Shown here in pieces: positions 34,170 to 43,430 of a stretch of 43,430 bases of DNA. The translations under genes and the position numbers were made by a program. Origin of the DNA: an uncultured delta proteobacterium (GTDB taxonomy: Bacteria > Myxococcota_A > Polyangia > Haliangiales > Haliangiaceae); assembly GCA_963743525.1 (NCBI GenBank), contig CAVUQH010000006.1, positions 1-43,430 on the forward strand. Direction: 5' to 3'. Numbering within the stretch: position 1 is the first letter of the stretch; each line of letters begins with the position of its first letter. The notes beneath the pieces were generated by a model, which made no database searches, was not told where the DNA came from, and was given only the letters and a program-made list of their open reading frames with translations.

Positions 34170-35102
34170 ATGCGCGCGTTCGCCAACACCGCCGCGGCCG
34201 GGCTCGGGCTCTGCCTCGCTCTCACCGCCGGCTGCGGCAAGGGCGGCAGCGGTCGCGTCGACGCGCGCGTATTCGGCGAGCAATGCCAGGCAGGCGGCAC
34301 GTTCCAGCTCGACGGCCGCGCCGCGGTGCTGGCCACGCTCAACGTCGACATCGACGCCGAGGGGCTGGTTCAGGCGCCGGCGTCGGCCGAGCTGCTGCTG
34401 GTGATGGACGCTCAGCAGTCGGGCACCGACGTGGGCGTCAACGCGACCCTGTGCGCGATCGAGCTGCCGGAGGTGCCGCTGGCCGGACAGGATCAGCCGA
34501 TCCGTCTGAGCGTTCCTCAGGCGACGGTCGCCTCGGTCGGCAGCGTCGCCGGCACCGGCACGCTGTCGTCGCCCGACCAGACCTGCGCCACGTTCAAGAC
34601 CGACACCTTCACCATCGTGCTCGGCGCGCGCCTCGATCCGATCGAGACCGCGCTGTTGCCGCAGGCCGATGACCAGGGCGTCTTCCCCTTCTGCGCACCC
34701 AGCGTCGACACCAGCTGCGACCTGGCCATCGGCGTCAACTGCGCCTGCGATCAAGAGGCCGACGGCCACGGCGGCGCCACGTTGCAGATCTCGGGCGTAC
34801 CGCTGGTCGACCTCGACGAGGTCTACGCGACCATGCGCACCCAGTTCAGCCTGCGCGGCGAGGTCTACTCGTCGGATCTGATCCTCGGCGAGATCGACGC
34901 CAGCATCGAGCAGGGGATCCTCGGCTGCCACCTGTCGGCCGGCGACACCTGCAACGGCGATCAGGTCGGCACGGTCAAGACCCTCAACCCGACGATCACC
35001 CAGCAAGTCGGCAACCCGTCGCGTTTCCGCGCCGTGCGCATCGACCCGAACATGACCTGCGCCGAGGTCATCGACCAGAAGGACACGCTATTCCCGCGCT
35101 GA
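34170..35102 (+). CDS. Cys-containing lipoprotein, hypothetical
   Basis: Lipobox TAGC; CDQEADGHGG; host-like codon usage; divergent from the FadL operon. Confidence 0.7.
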   Translation: MRAFANTAAAGLGLCLALTAGCGKGGSGRVDARVFGEQCQAGGTFQLDGRAAVLATLNVDIDAEGLVQAPASAELLLVMDAQQSGTDVGVNATLCAIELPEVPLAGQDQPIRLSVPQATVASVGSVAGTGTLSSPDQTCATFKTDTFTIVLGARLDPIETALLPQADDQGVFPFCAPSVDTSCDLAIGVNCACDQEADGHGGATLQISGVPLVDLDEVYATMRTQFSLRGEVYSSDLILGEIDASIEQGILGCHLSAGDTCNGDQVGTVKTLNPTITQQVGNPSRFRAVRIDPNMTCAEVIDQKDTLFPR

Positions 35103-35668
35103 CGCGTCTGCTCCTCGCCGCGGCGCTGGTCGCCGCGGTTGCCCTACCGGCCCGCGCCGCACCGCCGCGGGCGCGGGTCCTGGTCGCCGAAGCCGAGACC
35201 CTGCTCGACGCGGGCAAGACCGACAAAGCCCTGGCCCGCCTCGACGAAGCCCTCGACGAGGACGTCAACAACATGCGCGCGTACGAGCTGGCCATCCCGC
35301 TGTGGATCGGCGCCGGCCGCATCGCCGAGATGCGCCACCGCCTCGAGCGCGCCACCGCCCGCCACCCCAACTTCGCCACCGGCTGGTACGCGCTGGCCTA
35401 CGCCTACCGCGGCACCCGCCGTCCCGACCTGGCGGTCCTCTCCTACCAGGTCTACATCACCCTCCGTCCCGGCGAAGCCGCGCCGTACTTCGGCCTGGCC
35501 CTGGCGCACGAAGCCGCGGGCGAGAACGAAGAAGCCGAGGCCGCCCTCCGCTACTACCTGTCGCGCGAGACCGATCCCGCGCGCGCCTCGTTCGTCGACG
35601 ACGCCAGAGCCGAGCTGGCCACGCTGCTGTTCGAACGGGTGGTCGCCGCGATCATCCCAGCCGGCTAG
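35099..35668 (+). CDS. Secreted TPR protein; probable CTG start
   Basis: TPR motifs (HPNFATGWYALAYAY, RPGEAAPYFGLALAH). The open frame extends upstream of ATG 35273 through a signal peptide to CTG 35099. Confidence 0.7.
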   Translation: MTRLLLAAALVAAVALPARAAPPRARVLVAEAETLLDAGKTDKALARLDEALDEDVNNMRAYELAIPLWIGAGRIAEMRHRLERATARHPNFATGWYALAYAYRGTRRPDLAVLSYQVYITLRPGEAAPYFGLALAHEAAGENEEAEAALRYYLSRETDPARASFVDDARAELATLLFERVVAAIIPAG

Positions 35669-37476
35669 CGGCGGCGCAGCCAGGTGCGCGTGGTCCACCA
35701 GGACCAGACCAGCAGGCCGCCGGCGATGCGCGCGGTCCACCAGGCGTAGCGGGCGCGGTCGTATTCGTTGCGTCCTTCGAGGACGATGGCGATGGTCGCG
35801 CCGGCGACGCCGATGGCGACGTAGATCAGCTGATGGCCGAGGCGGTACATCAGCCGGGTGTTGCGGTCGAGGTTGCGGAAGCGGACCTCGAGCTCGCCGC
35901 GGTGGGCCGCGCGCATGAACTTGCGCATGTCGCCGGGCAGGGCGGCCACCGACATCACCAGGTCGCGCGCGGTGTCGACGGCGAAGGTCGACCAGTCGCC
36001 CTCGTCGCCGAGGACGAAGCGCTCGAGGTAGGGGCGGATGACCGTCATCGGATTCATCCGCGGATCCAGCGCCGTGCACAGGCCCATGAGCAGAAGCAGC
36101 GTGCGCTCGAGGAGGATCCATTCCTTGGGCACGTGGAAGCTGGCGGTCAGGTCGCGCAGGGAGATGTCCATGCGCCGCAGGTCGGCCAGGTTCTCCAGGC
36201 CCTTCTCCGGATCGAACTTGATGTCCTTCAGGTTGAGCGAGTCGAGCGACACCTCTTCCTGGAAACGGTCGTGGAAATACTCGACGATCTTGTCGAACAC
36301 CGCCGGGTCGGCATCGCGCGAGATGAAGCCCATCTGCCGCATCGCCGCGACGATGCCCGGGGTGTCGCGCGAGATGGCGGCCTGGATCATGTCGACGATG
36401 CCCTGGCGCATCTGCGGCGACACCTCGGCGACGGCGCCGAAGTCGAGGAACACCAGGCAGAAACCCTCGGGCGATTCGTCGCAGCGGCGGACGAGCAGGT
36501 TTCCCGGATGCGGATCGGCGTGATAGAGGCCGTCGGTGAAGATCTGCTTGCAGTAGACCTCGACCACGCGCCGGGCCAGCGCCTCGCGATCGATCTCCAT
36601 CTCGGTGAGGCGATCGATGTTGGAGACCTTGACCCCTTCTTCGAAGTGCGTGGTCAGCACCCGCTGGGTCGACAGCTCCGGCACCACGCGGGGGAACGAC
36701 ACGCGCTCCTCGCTGTCGAAGTTGCCGGCGATGCGGATGGCATTGGCCGCTTCGTTGCGGAAGTCGAGCTCGTCGAGCAGCATCGACCGGATCTCGCGGT
36801 AGACGTCGTCGAGCCCCTGGATGGGCACGAACATCTCGACGATGCGAAAGATGCGCCGCAGCGTGCGCATGTCGCTCTGCACCACCCGCTCGATGTCCGG
36901 GTACTGCACCTTGACCGCGACCTTCTCGCCGCTGAACAGCTTGGCCACGTGCACCTGGCCGATCGACGCCGACGCCACCGGGTGGCGCTCGAACTCGGCG
37001 AACAGCTTGTCCGGAGAGTCGCCCAGCTCCTCGCGGACGCGGCGCTCGATGTCTTCGTACGGTCGCGGCGGCACCTGATCCTGCAGCCCCTCGAGCTGGG
37101 CGCGGAACTCCTGCGGCAGGAAGTTGGTCATGATGCTGATGAGCTGACCGACCTTGATATAGAAGCCCTGCAGCTGGATGATGGCGCGCTCGATCCGCTT
37201 GGCGTTGCGGATGTGCTTGCGCCGCAAGAGGCGCGCGATCGCCTCGGGCGAACGGAAGCGGGCCTGGAAGCGCACCGACAGGTACGAGGCCACCACGATC
37301 ATGGTGACCCAGTAGGCCTTCATCCACCGCAGCAGGCGGGCCGGCGGCCGCGCCTCGGCCATCGGCGGCGGCGTCTCTTCGGCCACGAGCCGAGGAATGC
37401 GCAGCCCCGAGACCGAGGCCCCGGGCTCCACGCGCAGCTCACGCTCCGCCTCCGTCCGCCGCTCCGCCGGGCGCAT
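35665..37476 (-). CDS. ABC1/AarF/UbiB family atypical kinase
   Basis: YIKVGQ; LQDQVPP; ASASIGQVH; VAVKVQYP; ELDF; HADPHPGN; LDFG. Confidence 0.93.
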   Translation of the reverse strand: MRPAERRTEAERELRVEPGASVSGLRIPRLVAEETPPPMAEARPPARLLRWMKAYWVTMIVVASYLSVRFQARFRSPEAIARLLRRKHIRNAKRIERAIIQLQGFYIKVGQLISIMTNFLPQEFRAQLEGLQDQVPPRPYEDIERRVREELGDSPDKLFAEFERHPVASASIGQVHVAKLFSGEKVAVKVQYPDIERVVQSDMRTLRRIFRIVEMFVPIQGLDDVYREIRSMLLDELDFRNEAANAIRIAGNFDSEERVSFPRVVPELSTQRVLTTHFEEGVKVSNIDRLTEMEIDREALARRVVEVYCKQIFTDGLYHADPHPGNLLVRRCDESPEGFCLVFLDFGAVAEVSPQMRQGIVDMIQAAISRDTPGIVAAMRQMGFISRDADPAVFDKIVEYFHDRFQEEVSLDSLNLKDIKFDPEKGLENLADLRRMDISLRDLTASFHVPKEWILLERTLLLLMGLCTALDPRMNPMTVIRPYLERFVLGDEGDWSTFAVDTARDLVMSVAALPGDMRKFMRAAHRGELEVRFRNLDRNTRLMYRLGHQLIYVAIGVAGATIAIVLEGRNEYDRARYAWWTARIAGGLLVWSWWTTRTWLRRR

Positions 37477-37495
37477 CCCTGCAAGCATAAACCGA

Positions 37496-37524
37496 TTGAC
37501 ACGACATGTCATCGGAGCTACCTA
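37496..37524 (+). promoter_or_regulatory. Sigma70-type promoter
   Basis: TTGACA (37496-37501)-N17-TACCTA (37519-37524), 8 nt before ATG 37533. Confidence 0.6.
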
Positions 37525-37532
37525 GCCGTGAT

Positions 37533-38114
<582 letters not shown>

Positions 38115-38664
38115 CTATTCCTCGACGTCGACGAACTGCGCAGTGGCGCCGGCGCCGATGCCGTGCTGCTTGCACCAGCCGCCGTTGACCTCGAGCACGT
38201 AGAGCGACAGGCCGTTGAACGCTGCGGCTGGTCGTGGTCAGCGGCTCGGCGTTCTCGACCACGCCGACGACCTTCTTGTCCTTGCCGATGAACAGCATGT
38301 CGAGTGGGATGAGCGTGTTCTTCATCCAGAACGAGTGCTGTTCCTCGTCGCCCATGAGGAAGAGCATCCCCTGATCGGGCGGCAGGTACTCGCGGTACAT
38401 CAGGCCGCGGCGCAGCTCGCGCGGCTCCTTGACCACCTCGATCCACACCGACTGCGGTTGGCCGTTCGGGGCGGTGAGGATGATCTTGGCCGGCGGGTGG
38501 GCCTTGGTCGGATCGTGATCGCCGCCGGGAGCCACCCTGGCGCTGGCGCCGTGCTCGGGTCCGGTCGCGCTGGACCGGGTGGCACCGTCATCAGTGGAGC
38601 TGCAGCCCATGATCGACACGGCCAGCGCGCACAGCACGCCGGCGCTGGAGCAGAGGATTCGCAT
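38115..38664 (-). CDS. DUF192 family lipoprotein; frameshift at ~38219
   Basis: RGLMYR..GMLF..FWMKNTLIPLDMLFI; the shifted frame gives YVLEVNGGW..HGI, ending TAG at 38115-38117. Confidence 0.88.
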
Positions 38665-38721
38665 CGCGGCATGGTTTAGCACGGCCGGGCGGCCGCTGCG
38701 CGTCCGTGCTGACCGCTCGTG

Positions 38722-39144
38722 CTAGGGGGCGACGGTGGCGACGGTCCGGCCGCCGTTGAGCAGCTCGATCCGCTCGACGCAGGCGCCGTGCGGGGCGTCG
38801 AGCACCGGGTCCAGCACCACCGACAGCGACGTCGTGGTCATGGGCGACGAGAACTCGAGCATCTTGGAGATGACCCCGCGCACGCGGACCACCCGGTCGG
38901 TGTTGCCGTCGTCGACCCGGACCAGCGCCGCTCCGCCCGCCGGCGAGTGCCGGCTGACGATGACCCGGATCCCGTCCACGGCGGTCGGCTGCTGGAAGCT
39001 GACATCGACGATGTTGGCCTCGGTGCAGCGGGCCGGGCGCCAGCGGTTGGCCTGGGCTTCGTCCGGCGCGACCGACGACTGCGCCACCAGGCCGCCGGTG
39101 GCGACGAGGAGCAGAAGCGGCAGGCGGACCAACCAGGAGGGCAT
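38722..39144 (-). CDS. Small secreted hypothetical protein
   Basis: Hydrophobic N-terminus; beta-rich body with two Cys. Confidence 0.55.
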   Translation of the reverse strand: MPSWLVRLPLLLLVATGGLVAQSSVAPDEAQANRWRPARCTEANIVDVSFQQPTAVDGIRVIVSRHSPAGGAALVRVDDGNTDRVVRVRGVISKMLEFSSPMTTTSLSVVLDPVLDAPHGACVERIELLNGGRTVATVAP

Positions 39145-39322
39145 TCCACTGGTTTTCCTTCGCAACAATCGGGCCAGCCGCCGGCGTGTACGAAATCAGC
39201 GCAAGTCCGCGAAAGCCCGATCGGTGGGTGTGCGTGGCGGCACGGGGTGGCTGGTGAGTCGGCCACCCGCCCTGACGTCTCTGCCCGGGGTCACGAGTCC
39301 CTATCTGCAATATGCCTGCAAC

Positions 39323-39352
39323 TTTACAGGCGCCGAGGGGAGCCCGTACATT
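39323..39352 (+). promoter_or_regulatory. Sigma70-type promoter of the cobA/hemD-hemB operon, likely leaderless
   Basis: TTTACA-N18-TACATT, then 6 nt, then GTG 39359. Confidence 0.55.
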
Positions 39353-39358
39353 GCAGAG

Positions 39359-40919
39359 GTGGAGCCAGTTGGAGGCGTCGTCTATCTGGTCGGGGCGGGC
39401 CCCGGCGACCCGGCGCTGCTCACCCGGCGGGGCGCCGAGCTCCTGGGCCGGGCCGAGGTGGTGGTCTACGACGGGCTGGTCAACCCGGTGCTGCTCGACC
39501 TGGCGCCACCGGGCGCCCGGCGCATCTACGCCGGCAAGAAACACGCGCCCACCGGCAACCCGCCGATGACCCAGGCCGAGATCTCGGCGTGCATCGTCGC
39601 CGAGGCCGCCGCTGGTCACGTGGTCGTGCGGCTCAAGGGCGGCGACCCGTTCGTCTTCGGCCGCGGCGCCGAGGAGGTGGCCGCGCTCGAGGCCGCCGGC
39701 CTGCGCTACGAGGTCGTGCCCGGGGTCACCGCCGCCACCGCCGTGGCCGCCTACGCCGGCATCCCACTGACCGCGCGCGGCGCGGCGTTCAACCGTGGCG
39801 TTCGCCACCGGCCACGAGGCCGCCGGCAAGCCGCAGAGTGACGTCGACTGGGCCGCCCTCGGCCGCGCCGGAACCATCGTCTTGTTCATGGCGCTCAAGA
39901 CCGCCCGCGACTGCGCCGGGCATCTGATCGCCGCCGGCCGCAGCGCCGACACGCCGGCCGCCGCCATCTACTGGGGCACCACCGCGTCGCAGCGCACCGT
40001 GGTGTCGACGTTGGGCGGCATCGCCGACGCCATCGACGCCGCCGGTCTGCGCCCGCCGGTGCTGCTGGTCGTCGGCGAGGTGGTGTCGCGCCGCGACCCG
40101 AAAGGCAGCTGGTACGAGAACCGGCCGCTGTTCGGCGTCCGCGTGCTGGTCACGCGCAGCGTCAACCGGGCCAGCGACTTCGCCCACGAGCTGGCCGAGC
40201 TGGGCGCCGAGCCGGTTGTCTGTCCGGTCACCCGCGTGGTCGCCCGCGCCGATCCCGCGGCTGTCGCTGCCGCGCTGGCCGCCTTGCCGTCCTACGACTG
40301 GATCGTCTTCGCCAGCGCCAACGCCGTCAACCGCTTCTTCGCCGAGCTGATGGCCAGCGGCAGCGGCGACGCCCGATCCCTGGCGCGCGCGCGCATCGCC
40401 TGCGTCGGCCCGGTCACCGCCGCCGCCCTGGGCGACCGCCTGCGCGCCGACCTCATCCCCGCCCGCGGCGACGCCGTTGGCGTGGCCGAAGCGGTGATCG
40501 CCGCCGGCGGCGACGGTATCGCTGGAGCCCGCATCTTGATCCCCCGCGCCGCGGGCGGCCGCGACGAGGCCGTCGACCTGCTCGACGCCGCCGGCGCCAC
40601 CGTCGACACCCTCGAGCTGTACGCCTCCGAGCCAGCCGATCCGGACGATCACACCGTCGCCGGCGGCCTGGAGATGCTGGCCGCCGGCAAGATCGGCGCC
40701 GTCGCCTGCTTCGCCCCGTCGCAGGCGCGCGCGCTGCTGTCGCTGGCCGGGGAGAACGGCGCCGACGCCCTGCGCGCCGTCCGCGCCGTCGCCGCCATCG
40801 GCAACGCCACTCGCCGCACCCTGGAAGAACACGGCGTGCCGGTTCACGTCGTACCATCCGAGCCGACCTCGCGCGCGCTGGCCGAAGGGCTGGCCGCCTA
40901 CCTGTCCAAGGAGAGCTGA
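39359..40919 (+). CDS. cobA/hemD: Fused uroporphyrinogen-III C-methyltransferase / uroporphyrinogen-III synthase; frameshift at ~39789
   Basis: [34 protein letters not shown]; then [31 protein letters not shown]. Confidence 0.92.
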
Positions 40920-41893
40920 TGCAATTCCCCGACTACCGTCCGCGCCGCATGCGCCGCACCGAGACGCTGCGCCGGATGATCCGCGAGACCCGACTGACCC
41001 CCGACAACTTCGTCTACCCGCTGTTCGTCGTCCCGGGCAAAGACGTCGCCCGCGAGATTCCGTCGATGCCCGGCCAGTACAACTGGTCGGTCGAGAAGGC
41101 CATCGACGCCGCCGTGCAAGCCCGCGACGTCGGCGTCCCGGCGGTGATCCTGTTCGGCGTGCCCGAGCACAAGGACGCCGTCGGCTCCGAGGCCTGGGAC
41201 TCGAACGGTGTCATCCAGAAAGCCACCCGCGGCATCAAGAAGGCCGCGCCCGACCTGGTCGTCATCGCCGACGCCTGCTTCTGCGAGTACACCGATCACG
41301 GCCACTGCGGCGTCCTCCGCGACGGCGAGCTGATCAACGACGACTCGCTCGAGAACCTCGGCCGCGCGTGCATCAGCTACGCCCGCGCCGGCGTCGACAT
41401 GGTCGCGCCATCGGGCATGCTCGACGGCTTCGTCGGCGCCACCCGCGAGGCCCTCGACGAAGAAGGCTTCGAAAACATCTCCATCATGGCCTACTCGGCC
41501 AAGTACGCCTCCGCCTACTACGGCCCGTTCCGCGACGCCGTCGACAGCGCGCCCAAGCAGGGCGACCGCAAGAGCTACCAGATGGATCCGGCCAACGCCC
41601 GCGAGGCGATCCGCGAGGTCACCCTCGACATCTCCGAGGGCGCCGACATCGTGATGGTCAAGCCGGCGCTCGCCTACCTCGACATCATCCGCATGGTCGC
41701 CGACGAAGTCGACCTGCCGGTCGCCGCCTACAACGTCTCGGGCGAATACGCCCTGCTCAAGGCCGCCGCGCAGAACGACTGGATCGACTACGACCGGACC
41801 ATGCTCGAGACCCTCACCTCGATCCGCCGCGCCGGCGCCGAGATCATCCTGACCTATCACGCCGTCGAAGCCGCCCGCCTGCTCAACCGCTGA
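40919..41893 (+). CDS. hemB: Porphobilinogen synthase (ALA dehydratase), Zn-type
   Basis: [54 protein letters not shown]. Confidence 0.97.
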   Translation: MQFPDYRPRRMRRTETLRRMIRETRLTPDNFVYPLFVVPGKDVAREIPSMPGQYNWSVEKAIDAAVQARDVGVPAVILFGVPEHKDAVGSEAWDSNGVIQKATRGIKKAAPDLVVIADACFCEYTDHGHCGVLRDGELINDDSLENLGRACISYARAGVDMVAPSGMLDGFVGATREALDEEGFENISIMAYSAKYASAYYGPFRDAVDSAPKQGDRKSYQMDPANAREAIREVTLDISEGADIVMVKPALAYLDIIRMVADEVDLPVAAYNVSGEYALLKAAAQNDWIDYDRTMLETLTSIRRAGAEIILTYHAVEAARLLNR

Positions 41894-42081
41894 TGCCGCC
41901 GGTCTACAAGTTCGTCGAGCTGTCGATCGTCACCGACGAATCACTCGAGGAGATCGTCAACAAGTGGGTCGGCGACGGCTGGCACCTCGACGCCATCCGC
42001 TTCGTCGTCACCGAGCATTCCCGCCGCCCGGCCATGGCCTTCATCTCCTTCCTCCGCAACGAAGACGGGGACGCTCGTTAG
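41893..42081 (+). CDS. Small DUF4177-like protein
   Basis: TGATG coupling with hemB; YKFVE...LEEIVNKWVGDGWHL...F pattern. Confidence 0.65.
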   Translation: MPPVYKFVELSIVTDESLEEIVNKWVGDGWHLDAIRFVVTEHSRRPAMAFISFLRNEDGDAR

Positions 42082-42148
42082 TTTTTCACTTTTTTCCCGA
42101 ACGATCACAGGCGCATAGGCGCACCCCAGTCGCACCCGCGCGAGCGCC

Positions 42149-43430
42149 TCAGCGGCCCAGCTCGAGGGCGTACGGCTCGTCGGCGCCCGGCGGCGGGCCG
42201 TCGGTGGCCGGCGCGCGGGCGTCGGTCCGCGACAGGCGGATCAGCGAGCCCGGTGCCAGCGTGACCCGCGTCTGCCGCTCGCTGTGCGCAACGCCGCCGT
42301 CGACCGTCCACGCCAGCGGCACCGAGCCGGCGCCGCCGATGCGCAGCGTGTAGTCCCCGGCCGCGCCGTCGAAGCGGAAGGTGTCGACGTCGCCGCGCCG
42401 GTCGAGATATCCGGTCATGGTGCCGCCGACTTCCAGCGGCAACGCGTCGGTCGGCGCGTCGTCGGGCTCGACCTCGACGCCGGCGCCGGGCGCGCGCAGC
42501 GACACCGTCAGCGTGTACGGATCGCTCACGTTCTCCACCGGCAGCGCGTCGGCGTCGGCCTTGTGCTCGGTCACCGCGACCAGGGCGGCGCCGTGCACGC
42601 GCCAGTCGCGAATGCGCTCGCCCTCGCCGACGCCGGCCTGGTTGCGCTGGTGCAGCGGCGCCCCAGCTGCGTCGAGGAGCTGCAGCTCGATGTCGATGTT
42701 GGGCAGCCCCGAGACCTGCACCGACACCGCCTCGCCCGGCGCCAACTGGCGGCTCAAGCGGTAGACGTCGCGGTCCGGCTCGTTGCGGCTCTGTCGTTTG
42801 CCCAGATAGCCGGTCACCTGCGTGTCCGGGGCGATCAGCGTCGCCTGGGTCGGGTCGTCGTTGGGCTCGACCTCGCTGGTCTGCGGCGGTTCGGTGCGGA
42901 TGGCGAACCAGTAGACGCCCGTGCCGGCGGCGCCGCCGAGGATCAGCACCATCAGCGCCGTTCCCAGCCGCCGCCGGCGCACGATGCCGCGCTCGAACGC
43001 GTCGAGGTCCGAGCGCTGCAGCCTGACCCCGGTGTTAACGCCGTAGTCGACATCGTCGTCGTCGATCAGCGGCGGCGCGCCGGTCGCCCCGCGCCGCGAC
43101 GCGCTCGAGCCGAAACCCGACAGCGACAGGCTGGCCATGCCGCCCGACGGCGACAGCCCTTCGAGCTCGGCGTACGCACCTTCGAGATCCTCGAGCAGCT
43201 CCCGCGCCGAGCCGTAGCGCTGGTCGCGGTCCTTGGCCATCGCCCGGGCGACGATCGCGTCGACCCGCGGCGCGATCCGCAGATCCGGTCGCCGCTCCGA
43301 CGGCGGTGTCAGTTCGGCGGTCAGATGCTTGGTCAGCACCCCGACCGGCGTCTTGGCGGTGAACGCCGGCTCGCCGGTCAGCACTTTGTACATCAGCGCG
43401 CCCAACGAGTAGATATCGGACCGCGCATCG
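42149..43430 (-). CDS. Ser/Thr kinase C-terminal part with TM and two PPC-like domains (5' end outside window)
   Basis: DARSDIYSLGALMYKVLTGEPAF; AMAKDRDQRY; TM; EVEPNDD and EVEPDDA repeats; DRDVY and DVDTF. Confidence 0.88.
   Translation of the reverse strand, partial: DARSDIYSLGALMYKVLTGEPAFTAKTPVGVLTKHLTAELTPPSERRPDLRIAPRVDAIVARAMAKDRDQRYGSARELLEDLEGAYAELEGLSPSGGMASLSLSGFGSSASRRGATGAPPLIDDDDVDYGVNTGVRLQRSDLDAFERGIVRRRRLGTALMVLILGGAAGTGVYWFAIRTEPPQTSEVEPNDDPTQATLIAPDTQVTGYLGKRQSRNEPDRDVYRLSRQLAPGEAVSVQVSGLPNIDIELQLLDAAGAPLHQRNQAGVGEGERIRDWRVHGAALVAVTEHKADADALPVENVSDPYTLTVSLRAPGAGVEVEPDDAPTDALPLEVGGTMTGYLDRRGDVDTFRFDGAAGDYTLRIGGAGSVPLAWTVDGGVAHSERQTRVTLAPGSLIRLSRTDARAPATDGPPPGADEPYALELGR

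Noticed and set aside
42082..42096. T-rich tract after the DUF4177-like gene as a terminator
   Set aside because: No adjacent stable stem found.

Overview
High-GC bacterial chromosome segment. The gene content (lipoproteins, Ser/Thr kinases with PEGA/PPC domains, a TIGR04552-like gene, ftsB coupled to a GAF-GAF-GGDEF cyclase) points to a myxobacterium; this taxonomy is inferred, not proven. Positions 1-~3450 are the right end of an integrative element inserted at the 3' end of tRNA-Ala(GGC). It carries two hypothetical genes, an HTH excisionase-like gene and a tyrosine integrase. A cargo beta-barrel gene sits between two diverged copies of the xis-int junction. The rest is host genome: lysyl-oxidase-domain lipoprotein, propeller lipoprotein, tail-fibre-like protein with HxH repeats, an apparently circularly permuted esterase, ftsB-dmxA-like DGC, PhoH2, a SodC lacking zinc ligands, M16 peptidase, REC-degenerate GGDEF, three Ser/Thr kinases, a RelA/SpoT-synthetase-like TIGR04552 gene, tandem FadL-like porins, ABC1/UbiB kinase, DUF192, cobA/hemD and hemB. 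About eight single-base frameshifts split otherwise intact genes and are probably mostly read errors. Many genes have a -10-like hexamer 6-7 nt before the start codon, a leaderless signature. All calls come from motif reading only; no searches were run.
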